Shown here: piece after piece, positions 1 through 10,789 of the stretch
Layout of the letters: each line of letters begins with the position of its first letter
How positions within the stretch are numbered: the first letter of the stretch is position 1
NCBI RefSeq assembly: GCF_006345805.1
Contig: NW_021835017.1
Span: 1-44,264 of the forward strand
Source: Octopus sinensis
Taxonomy: Eukaryota
Direction: 5' to 3'
Length of the DNA stretch: 44,264 bases
Position numbers and translations under genes: made by a program
The notes under the pieces: generated by a model
Database searches by the model: none
Told to the model about the DNA's origin: nothing
What the model saw: only the letters and a program-made list of their open reading frames with translations

Positions 1-54
1 CCCCCAAAGACCCAGACAAAGCTGTGTAAATATATACATACATACATACATACA

Positions 55-90
<36 letters not shown>

Positions 91-107
91 TGTATATATA
101 TACATAT

Positions 108-297
108 TAGGCGCAGGAGTGGCTTTGTGGTAAGTAGCTTGCTTACCAGCCACATGGTCCCGGGTTCAGTCCCACTGCATGGCACCTTGGGCAAGTGTCT
201 TCTACTATAGTCTCTGGCCTTGCGAGTGGATTTGGTAGACAGAAACTGAAGAAGCCCCTCGTATATATCTATATATATATAATATATATATATATAT

Positions 298-328
<31 letters not shown>

Positions 329-394
329 TGTGTGGTGTGGGTGTGTGTGTGTGTAATTTGTCCCCCCCCCCCCAGCGTCACTTGAGAACCGATG
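108..394 (+). mobile_element. tRNA-derived SINE, family A (3'-truncated copy with internal TA/TG microsatellite)
   Basis: Has a tRNA-like head with A/B boxes (TGGCTTTGTGGTAAG...GGGTTCAGTCCC), then the CCTTGGGCAAGTGTCTTCTACTATAG body. The same sequence recurs at 3481-3647, 13750-14143, 21721-22117, 32890-33301 and 40856-41226. Confidence 0.9.
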
Positions 395-529
395 GGGGGG
401 GGGGGCAAATGGGGGGTGCTTTTTCTAATTCTTTGTTCTTTTCTCTCTCCTCCTCTTTCTCCACTTCTCTGCACTCTGCTCTCCACATTCGTCGAAGCGA
501 CATGTTTCTGCTTTTAACTTTTCTTTCAG

Positions 530-685
530 CAGTGTCGGGACACCAGAGGTACACCATGCAACTTAATCCAAGTATACATGGCGATTGAATAAGAAGCAGC
601 ACCGAAGAAAACCAACTGAAATTTGCTGAAGCGGTCTGGGTCTTATCTGAATGGAAGTATAAGATACAAAAGAGTCTGCCAGATG
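530..685 (+). other. Weak candidate exon (156 nt, phase 1-1) containing one in-frame TGA
   Basis: The acceptor is ttttaacttttctttcag and the donor is ATG|gtgagg. The best frame reads AVSGHQRYTMQLNPSIHGD*IRSSTEENQLKFAEAVWVLSEWKYKIQKSLPD. I recognise no homology. Confidence 0.15.
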
Positions 686-1280
686 GTGAGGAGAAACATT
701 TTAAAAGTAATTCACACAATTTAGGTGCTTTCCAGAACTCAAAAAGAGAAATTTTCGGATGCTTCTCTCATGAGCGGAAATTTGTCTTGTCAGCGAGATC
801 ATGCCCACTCTCGGATAGGGGAATGACATACACAGCTTGCACGCTGTACCCACTGCTAACACTAATTTAAGAGAAATAGCTTGACTTTCCTCCCGGAAAA
901 AAAATGTTATATTTTCCGTTTCTTTCCATTTCATTTTACTAACACCGAGCCAAACATTTCCGACCACTTCGTCTAAAGATTCTACGATAGGCGCAAAAGT
1001 CAGCGTCAAATCGGTGCTGGCATTCTGAATAGTTTATATGCCATAACTGGCAATAGAACCATATCTTAACTGCCTGTTACCACTAAACTACATCTCACTT
1101 TACATTTACTATTTCGTTCGTGGGCAGGGATGGTAAAGTGCGCTTTATAAACCGTGAAATACGGTAACACAGGAATGTTTCTATCTCTTTGTCCTTGACT
1201 GATAGTCTGAACACCTGCCTGCCGATTTTATAATTAATTTCTATCTGTCTACCTGCCTAATTCATCTGCTTCAGCATGAA

Positions 1281-1282
1281 TA

Positions 1283-1380
<98 letters not shown>

Positions 1381-1391
1381 TTACATATATA

Positions 1392-1453
<62 letters not shown>

Positions 1454-1555
1454 TATTTTATATTATTAATGTATGTAATATATGTATATATATATATATA
1501 TCTGGAGATAGAGAGATTAATATATGTATGTATGTATGCATATATATAATATATG

Positions 1556-1609
<54 letters not shown>

Positions 1610-1620
1610 GAGAGATAGGG
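1281..1620. repeat. Compound microsatellite (TATC)n-(TA)n-(GA)n
   Basis: Directly visible tandem repeats. Confidence 0.97.
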
Positions 1621-1956
1621 AGAGGGGGGAGGGAAAGAGAGAGACGGAGCAGTGAATAATTTTGGCCTTAGTGAAATATATTAAAAAAATATGTATGTAT
1701 GTATTTATGTATGTATATTTATCAGACTATGTTTCTATCCGTCTAACTATAATATACATACCTATATACATAAATACATAGATATAAATATGTATACATA
1801 CATATATACATATGTGTGTGTGCGGGCGTGCGTGTTTTTGTGTGTGAGTATATGTGTGCGAACGTGTATGACTGAGTGGGTTTGTGTGTCTGCGTGCATG
1901 TACGTGTGAAACAGAAAACCTAAAATAGCTAGATCGATCGAGCAAATCAATCGATC

Positions 1957-1999
<43 letters not shown>

Positions 2000-2055
2000 C
2001 GGTAGACACATACATACATACATACATACATACATACATACATACATACATACAT

Positions 2056-2257
2056 ACATACATAGCTTATCAGTCAGGAGACAGATCGCTTACACAGGTG
2101 AATAGTGAAAGCAATTATAGTTGTCTATCTACCTACAAGACTATTTGTTAGTCAAGTAGACAAAGAAAAAGTGATACTGGTTGAAATATGGAAATTAGAC
2201 TATTGAGAGACTCCCACACTTATTACACAGACGTACAAGCTTATATTCTACGGGGAA

Positions 2258-2288
<31 letters not shown>

Positions 2289-2580
2289 ATATTATTATAT
2301 ATATATATATATATATAGTAATAAATGAAATAAAACATATGCATATATATAAACATATATGTACGTACCTACCTCTACATGTATATATACACGCATATAT
2401 GTGTACAGGACACCAAAGGGACGTCGAACACAATGAGAAACGAAAACATAGACACAAACCAAAGGAACTGGACATTTTTTTAAAAACAAAAAAAAATGGA
2501 GTACAGGACAATTAACACAACGAAAAAAACCCTTCTTCAGTCGCTATGGTTTCATCTACTCTACGTTTCGAAGGATAACT
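2056..2580 (-). mobile_element. Unclassified interspersed-repeat remnant with a Penelope-like terminal motif
   Basis: The minus strand reads CCTTCGAAACGTAGAG...CTGAAGAAGGG, resembling motifs at Penelope pseudo-LTR ends. There is no coding evidence, so the assignment is inference. Confidence 0.3.
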
Positions 2581-2667
2581 ATATATATGCAACATACACA
2601 GACAAACACGCACACAAATACACACACGCGCGCGCACACACACACACGCACACATACATGTGACCAA

Positions 2668-2780
2668 ACGTGGCTGTGTGGGAAGAGGTTTGCTTCGCAA
2701 CCTCATAGTTCTGAGTTCAGTTTCAGTGCATGCCACCTGGGGCAAGAGACGCTCATTAGAGTCCCGGGTCGAGCAAAGCC
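2668..2780 (+). mobile_element. Degenerate family A SINE head fragment
   Basis: GTGGCTGTGTGGGAAG...GAGTTCAG...CACCTGGGGCAAG...GGGTCGAGCAAAGCC aligns by eye to the family A head. Confidence 0.65.
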
Positions 2781-2907
2781 GCATGAATGCAGAGGCACGC
2801 ACGTTTCGCGCACGCATGCACATACATACAAACACGCGCGCACACACGCGGATACACACATTCACAATACAGAGGAAGTAAAAGTATGTAAAGTGTTTAT
2901 AAGTTGA

Positions 2908-2948
<41 letters not shown>

Positions 2949-3012
2949 TGTGTATGTGTGTGTGTGTGTGTGTGCTGCGCGCGTGTGTGTTCGGACTCAT
3001 GCATATGTGTAA

Positions 3013-3214
3013 ATACTTTTTTACGCTTGTTTTACGCCTTTAGTCGAGCAAATCGACTCCAGGACTTATTCTTTGTAAGCTAGTACTTATTCTATTGGTG
3101 CCTTTTGCCGAACCACTAAGTTACAGGGACGTAAACACACCAGCATCGGTTCTCAAGCGATGTTGGGGTGAGAAACTCAGACACACAATGTAGACACACA
3201 CACACACACACACA

Positions 3215-3250
<36 letters not shown>

Positions 3251-3647
3251 TTATATATCACGTGACCACGTGACCAACCAGTCCATCAGATGTAGTTACA
3301 CATCGCTGGTCACAATGCCTTCGCATTGTTTTAGCCTTCGAATGACGCCACCCCGCTGGCTAAACGAGCAGGCCAACAGAAGAAAGAGTGGGAGAAAGAG
3401 TGGTGAAAGAGTACAGCAGGGATCACCACCCCTGCCGGAGCGTCGTGGAGCTTTTCAGGTGTTTTCGCTCAATAAACACTCACGACGGGCTTCTTTTTAG
3501 TTTCCGTCTACCAAATCCACTCACAAGGCTTTGGTCGGCCCGAGGCTACATAGAAGACACTTGCCCAATGTGCCACGCAGTGGGACTGAACCCGGAACCA
3601 TGTGGTTTGTAAGCAAGTTACCTACCACATATTCACTCCTGCGCCTA
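3013..3647 (-). mobile_element. Family A SINE carrying a headless family C SINE body (about 3257-3485)
   Basis: The A tail lies at 3013-3180 and the A head at 3481-3647. The intervening segment matches the family C body seen at 41630-41720. Confidence 0.85.
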
Positions 3648-3975
3648 TATATTTATGTGTGTGTATGTGAGCATAACGTCAAATAGACTAATCACATATA
3701 ACAGCTTGTCTTTATTGTCGCTTTGTCTACGTTTCTGACTCGCAGTTTGTAGACAGATAGATGTCAAAAATTGTTGACTGTATGTCCACTTGTCTTTTCA
3801 ATCACCTCACCTAATATCAACCTGTTTATCTGCCTATTTACTTACTTATTTATCTGGCTATCTTTTTATGTCTAAATCTCTTTATTGGTCTATCTATGTC
3901 TGTCTACTTTCTCTAATTGCCTCAGTGTTTGTGAGTCTATCTATCTATCTATCCATCTATCTATCTATCTATCTA

Positions 3976-6848
3976 TGGAGTAACCGCATCGGGTCGTCCA
4001 GATCATACTTAGATAGAGTATTCTGTAGGACAATAGATAAAAATAGTGTAGGTTGTCCACAATTTCATATAGTCAGTTACACAGATCACAAGTTTGTGAC
4101 TTGTACACTTGACTTAGATAAGACACATAGCAGGGTCCTGGTTACTGGAAACTGAACGCGTCTTTTACAGCACGACAGGTTTACAGGGACCGGATCAGCA
4201 CATTAGTTAAGAGAGCTTTGACGGGTACCATCATCAACAACAGATGGTGGTATGCCCTAAAAAAAGCGATTAAAGCAGAATCAGTCAGATACAGTAGAGC
4301 CTAGCAATTAGACCGAAATAGAGTAGAGGGAGAATTAGTTAAGGTTTTAGAAGAGGCACTTAGAACTGGCATCGCGTCCAACGTACTGGCGGCGAGATTG
4401 GCCCTCGACCAACACCTCAACGCCAAACACGAGGGATGCGTTGTCAGAGCTAGGATGCGTGCTCTGAGGAACGAAGGAGTTGGAGCCGCCCAAGAGGCCC
4501 GAGTGGTGGAGACGCAACGAGGCAACAGAGCCACCATCAAGTCTCTATAGATGACAGGGGCGCGAATTGCTCGAGCCTAAAAGGATGTGTGGGGTTTTCA
4601 ACAACACTTCACCCAACTGTTTGGGACAAGTGGTGAGTCAGAAAAGCAGAGTGGACTTTAGTGCCTACCTGCATGCCTTGCCACGACTCTCAGCAAGGGA
4701 GGTGGAGTCTTTGAAAGCCTATCACAGCGCGGACGTACAGGATGCGATGGTAGGCTGCGCGAGAGACAAGTCACCAGGCTTGGATGGTCTGCCCTATACG
4801 AATTTTATTTTCATATGCCAGACTTGTTTGGAGGCGTCTTGGCAGCTGTCTACTGCAACTGGCAGCAGAACGGGAGTATTCCTGCTTTTGTAAAGCGAGG
4901 AGCAGTGGCACTGATCAAGAAAGACCCAAACAAGGGGACGTCATAGATAATTTCAGTTCAGGCCCTCACTCTGCTCAACGCAGATTGAAAAATTTTGGCC
5001 AAGGTGTTAGCCGAGAGGTTGGCGCTTGTCATCAAGAAACTAATCGACAAGGCGCAAACATGCGCCGTGCCGGGTAGAAGTATTCATGACAACCTCCATC
5101 TGATCGCTACATCATAGACAGGGTAGTTAAAAAATCCTGGCATGGGTGGGGCGCTGATCAATTTGGATCAATCAAAAGCCTTCGATAGGGTAGACCATCA
5201 CTACTTGGAGGCTGTCCTCAAAGCGGCTGGTTTCGGTCCAGTTTTCCGCGGTTGGATCGCTGCCTTATATACGCGGCATCCGCTCAGTAGTTCGCGTAAA
5301 TGGTCATCTATCCAGACCTTTTACATCATGCGTTCGGTCGTTCGTCAGGGATGCCCCTCTCATCGCTGCTGTATGTACTGACTCTTGAGCCACTACTGCG
5401 GAAACTGGCGACGCTGAGGGGCATCCCACGAGAGCTGGGATGCGGGAGGAGCGTGTCTGCATACGCGGATGACGTCACCGTCATAGTGTCGAGCTACAAG
5501 CACATCGAGCTGGTCGGCGAGACACTGAAAGAATACGAAGCGGTAACGGGAGCAAAAATTAACCGGGAAAAGTCAGTGGGCTGCGGCTCGGCACCTGGAG
5601 AAGCAAGCCCATGCCGTCCACAGCGTCTCCATCGTGGACGCTGGACGGACGGAACGGTTAAATTGCTCGGGGTCTGGTTCGGTCCGGACCTCCAAATGGA
5701 GAAAAACTGGGGCGAGATAACGACTAGGGTGGCTACTCTCACCCAGAAATGGACTGAGAGAAAGCTATCCCTAAAAGGTCGGGCGGAGGTGGCGAACGCG
5801 TACATCGCATCCGTCATCGAGTATCGCCTGACCGTCGTGCCTTGTCCCGACCCTACCACCACCATCACCACTGGAACGCATACTCTTCCGCTTCTTGTGG
5901 AAGGGAAACGTTCCGATGGTTAGGCGATCCATTTGCTGCCAACACCCGCTAAATGGAGGGCTGGGCATGCCGTGGTTGATGATGCGCAGACATGCGCTGA
6001 GACTGCGACATCTCCGGCGCTTCATAGACAACGGTGAACAGGGGTGGTCGCCTTTTGTGCGGCGCGCTTTCCCGCAGCTCGTCTCCTTGGACGAACTACA
6101 GTCATGGATCAAGCAGAGACCGAGGCTAGGCGAATGGCACCGCGAGTGTCGCGTTGCTCTCAAGCAACTCTGCCGTCCGGGATCGAACTTGTGCGACTCC
6201 ATCACAACAAAGGCATTCTATAGAGGATTAGTGGAGGGGAGGTGCGACGACGAACTCGGGGGGCAGTCTGGGCGTCGACGAGGAACACCTGACCCGCCTG
6301 TTCAGGACAACTTTCGGGCCGGGACCTATGAACAATCACCAAAGATCCCTGGCCTGGCAGTGCTATCGAGAAGCATTACCTGTTCGGATAAGCTCTACAG
6401 ACACGGTTCCAGACACACTGGACCGACTTGCCCGAGATGCGGTCAGAGCGACGAAACCGTTCTGCACGCACTCGTGCAATGTCCAACCATTTCCGACCTG
6501 TGGGCTTATGCCGAACGGCTGCTGTCACGTGTGGGACGAATCCGCCTATCGGCCGAGTCTATCGTGAGAATTGCTCCGCCCCCTTCCCTCAACCGGGAAG
6601 GCAAGGCAGTTTTCATCGTACTGGTGGCCATGGTGAAAGAATGTGTGTGGTGGACTCGAGCGAAAGGATTAGAGACAAACACTTACCTCTCCGGCCAATC
6701 GCTCATCAACTTTTTCAAGTACCACTTGAAAAGGAAGGTGAGAATGGAGAGGGAAGTTTTGTCTCGCGAAAGATTCAAAAAAAGATGGGTGAATGTTGCA
6801 AAGATGGTGCGTGCTAGTAACGAAACCATTTTGAGCATGATCCTGTAG
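3976..6848 (+). pseudogene. Endonuclease/reverse transcriptase (ORF2) pseudogene of the Tx1-type LINE
   Basis: Homologous peptide is split across the ORFs at 3790-4155, 4567-4893, 4784-5077, 5142-5381, 5300-5923 and 5895-6848. Confidence 0.9.
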
Positions 6849-7145
6849 ATCGTAAAAAAGAAGAAAGAGAGCATTTTTGACCCATGTTTTATTCCTCCCT
6901 GACTGGGGTTCCCGTGGTCTTTCTGTAGGCTTTTCTTCCCACGGATGAACCCAATCTTGTTATATCAATGTTTACACCATTATTTCTGTGATACACGATT
7001 TTCCTTTTTTTTTCCTTTTTTTTCCTCCTCTCGATCCCTTTTGATCGCAACCTTACATTTTATTTTTTTCCACCCTCGAAAAGAAAAGCTCTGCATTTTT
7101 ATTTGTCCCCTCTGTATTCAGCCCTGTGTGGCTAATAAAAGAAAG

Positions 7146-7146
<1 letters not shown>
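3976..7146 (+). mobile_element. Non-LTR retrotransposon of the L1/Tx1 clade, 5'-truncated, ORF2 disrupted by frameshifts and stops, with 3' UTR
   Basis: The end of the APE domain is present (SYLDRVF, YTDHKFV, GPGYWKLN). RT motifs are DKSPGLDGLPY, LINLDQSKAFDRVDH, RQGCP and YADD (5462-5473). The C-terminal cysteine motif is CPRCGQSDETVLHALVQC, and the stop is at 6846-6848. The 3' UTR ends GCCCTGTGTGGCTAATAAAAGAAAGT, followed by (TATC)n. Confidence 0.93.
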
Positions 7147-7500
<354 letters not shown>

Positions 7501-7892
7501 TATTACTATCTGTCTATCTCCCAACATATTTGGCTGTCTATCTGGTTGTTTGTCTCCACCTATCCACCTGTCTTTATAACTTTCAATCGTATCTATCCAT
7601 CTGTTTGTCTATCCATCCATCCACACACACACACACTCACACACACATAAACATTTACATGCATAAATATTTACACACACACGCATAAATATACAGATGC
7701 ACACACTAATTCTCTCTCACATTTTGTCCCCTATACATGCTTACCAAACACGTATCTAGGATATACCGCGATCGAAACTAACAACTATAAACTGGAGCAA
7801 ATGATAATCACACCACATTCCTTCAGATGATACCCCTCTGGTGGTTACCACCCCATTATTATATTATATTAGAATGGACAAAATGCATTATT

Positions 7893-8005
7893 AGTAACAC
7901 ACATGAGTTCAAATTCCGCCGAGGTCGTCATTGCCTTTCATCCATTCAGAGTCGATGTTATCAACTAGCCCCACTCCCGTTAAACATTTCAGGTTTGGTG
8001 CCTAT
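7893..8005 (+). mobile_element. Family B SINE fragment
   Basis: GAGTTCAAATTCCGCCGAGGTCG...TTGCCTTTCATCC matches the intact copy at 40626-40855. Confidence 0.8.
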
Positions 8006-8153
8006 GAGGGAAAAAGATAACAGTTGCACACTTATGTCTTAGACACAGTCAAATCTTCATACTACGTAAATTCATCAATAAAACAAAAGCCACGCTGCTA
8101 AAGTCTGCAGTCAAACATCCATAAAAACTTGATTCTTTCGCTTTCTTGTACAG

Positions 8154-8218
8154 TTTATGAAGATTTCAAGCTTTTAGAAATGAATATAAAGGCCCGGGTA
8201 TTATCTGCTGACGTCCAG
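8154..8218 (+). CDS. Candidate internal coding exon of an unidentified gene (VYEDFKLLEMNIKARVLSADVQ; alternative donor after 8197)
   Basis: The acceptor ttgattctttcgctttcttgtacag is strong, and only one frame is open. Both possible donors (CGG|gtatta and CAG|gttata) are phase 0 but weak. I recognise no homology. Confidence 0.3.
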
Positions 8219-8827
8219 GTTATAAGCAATTAAACTTGGTCCCGAACTCAGTTGTACAGTGAAGGATTGTGAACAAGTAGTGATGTCATTCAAAGACAGA
8301 TGTACCCTTTGAGGCGACCAACCGCACCTATAGCATGGAGAGGAAATAGGCTCCACTAGGATTACAAATCCCAATGAAATTTTTACTCCTGGACGGTGGG
8401 TGCCCTGGGATTTATAAAAACAGCCCCAAACCAATAGAAGTGATAGAGATTGGTATAAAGGATTCCAGTGCTCCCAACCGCAGAAATATTATGGTAAAGA
8501 CTTATCAGTTATCAACTTCCTTATCGTCTATTCCATCAAGTCTTTACTTTTCTTCAAACACAATATCGGGCCATCCGTTATCATTTTCTCTCGTTGACCC
8601 TCTTTTACTCTACGTGTCTTCCCTCTACCATTTCCTCCAATCTCTTTAACAACCTCTCCATCTCTTTTGTCTGCTGCCTCCAATTTTTACCGCCTCTCAT
8701 TTTCACTTTCACTTTCACTCAACCTACTCAGTCTTGAACACCAAACATATTCAGGACAGAATTGCTACTATAGAGCATAAACACTTGCTAGTCCACAAGC
8801 TTTCTCTCTCTCTCCGGTTTTATACAG

Positions 8828-8875
8828 GAATTCAAGCTGAACATCAATCATTCCTGTCTGGTAGCATTTGTAAAG
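8828..8875 (+). CDS. Candidate 48-nt coding exon (EFKLNINHSCLVAFVK in phase 0)
   Basis: The acceptor is ctttctctctctctccggttttatacag and the donor is AAG|gtaagg. The length is a multiple of 3, and the exon is in frame with the 8154 candidate. Confidence 0.4.
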
Positions 8876-9419
8876 GTAAGGAGTACTTCTACACCTCCTA
8901 ACACTTAAATACTCACTGTTTTGTCTGCACTGTTGGCAAGATAACGAAAAACCTCCGGATCTTCGGTTTGTTTGTCATATAAAGATAGAAGACGGAGTAA
9001 TTGTTATGGCGATAGTGACGGAAATGGAAGGGACGATGGTGGTGGTGATGGTTGGTGGTGGCGGCGGCGGCGGTGGCGGTGGTGGTGGTGGTGGTGGTGG
9101 TCGTCGTCGTCGTCATCGTCGTGGCGTTCAAGATGTTGCCGTTGTTGATAGACGATGAGGATAATAGTGCAGACGATTTTCGTTTTCGTTGTTGCGCTGG
9201 TTGGAAATGTACGTGTATTGTATTGTATTGTATTGTATTGTATTGTATTGGTGCTGTTGTTACTAGTAGGGTGGGGGTTGCTGGTACTGATACCGGTGCT
9301 GGTTGTGATCGTGCTGGTGCTGATCTTGGTACTGGTGAGGCTATTTCTGTTCCACCCTAATTCTGCCCCGTATCGATGTGTTCTTCATAGATATTGGTAT
9401 ATGTAGGATCAAATTGTCG

Positions 9420-9500
9420 CACTCCGTTTTTAAGACGGTAGTGTGTAATTTGAAGCAGATTTAGCTACTATTTCTGGTAGGGCTAAACGGCCAGATTTAA
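9420..9500 (-). mobile_element. Short degenerate SINE 3'-tail fragment
   Basis: The minus strand reads AGAAATAGTAGCTAAATCT...CACACTACCGTCTTAAAAA. Similar fragments occur near 29715-29755 and 36785-36830. Confidence 0.5.
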
Positions 9501-10001
9501 GGATCCCTTATGTAGTATTAATGTTATTGCGGTTCGCGTTGTCCATCTCCTTTCTGTTCGGTCCTGATGCAGCAAGACCTACCACAAAAGTATTCCACTT
9601 GTGGTCATCCCGTCTTAGCACAAGCAACCCAGCACCACGATATATAACGTGTATGTTTCTAAGATAATCAATTGCGATATGAGAAAGTTTTGGTTGCAGA
9701 CCGTGCAACCACTTAGAAGGTGGTGGTGGTGGTGGTGGTGGTGGTGGTGGTGATGGCGGCGCTTGTAGTGATGGTGGTGGCGCTAGCGTTGGGTAGACTA
9801 GGAGCGGATGGATTATATTTTTTCCTTCTTGTTTTCTAATCTATACCCCAATCGCCTTGGCCAGTATTTGGCAGACGTCCACAACCCACTCTCCTTCCAT
9901 GTTACTATCAGTCTACTATTCCATCCATCCATCCAGTCAGCCAACCACTCCACCCCCAAAATAACCAGCCAAGCCACTATATACACATTAATATATATAT
10001 G

Positions 10002-10036
<35 letters not shown>

Positions 10037-10205
10037 ATGTGTGTGTGTATGTGTGTGTATGTGTGTATATATATGTATATATATATATAAGTGTGTATAT
10101 ACGTGTGGGTGTGTGTGTTATATGTATAAATATGTGTGAACTGGTCTATGTATGTATATGTTGTGTGTGTGTTGTGTGTGTATGTGTGTGCGTGTATACA
10201 TATAC

Positions 10206-10250
<45 letters not shown>

Positions 10251-10789
10251 CCAGTTAACCAGCACAATACCAACTGCCCAACAAAACAAGCCGCCAGCCA
10301 TGGTAAAAGTTGAGAGAGATTTCTGTCTCGTTCTCTCCCACCTCCACTCTCTGCACTCTTCTACTCTTTTCTCTTCCACTCACCACCGTCTCAACACTTC
10401 CTCTCTTCTTTGTTCTCTTCCTACTCCTCCACCTACTTCTAGACCAACACCTACTCCACCTCCATCTATCAAGTCGACACTGTTGTCTTGTCTGCGTTCT
10501 AGTTTTCACTGTCTGTCATTGATCTATACAGCAGACATTGATGGTGGACAGTTGTGGACTGTGAGGGGAAACGGGCGGACGGAATGGATGTACAGCTAGT
10601 GGTGGTTGCGAGTGGACATTGGGGAGGGTGGTGATGCTGGAGGTTTAGCGGTTAAAGAAGAGGTGAAGACAAAGATGGTGTCTGGTAGCGGTGCCAGTGG
10701 TGATTATGGTGGCGGTGGTGGTGGAGATGGTCATCGTCGTCGTCGTCGTAGCCGTAGTCGCCGTCGTCGTCGTTGTCTTCGGTCTCTTG

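Noticed and set aside
362-417. C-run and G-run pair, possible G-quadruplex or hairpin
   Set aside because: These are homopolymer expansions within and after a SINE tail, a common slippage product.
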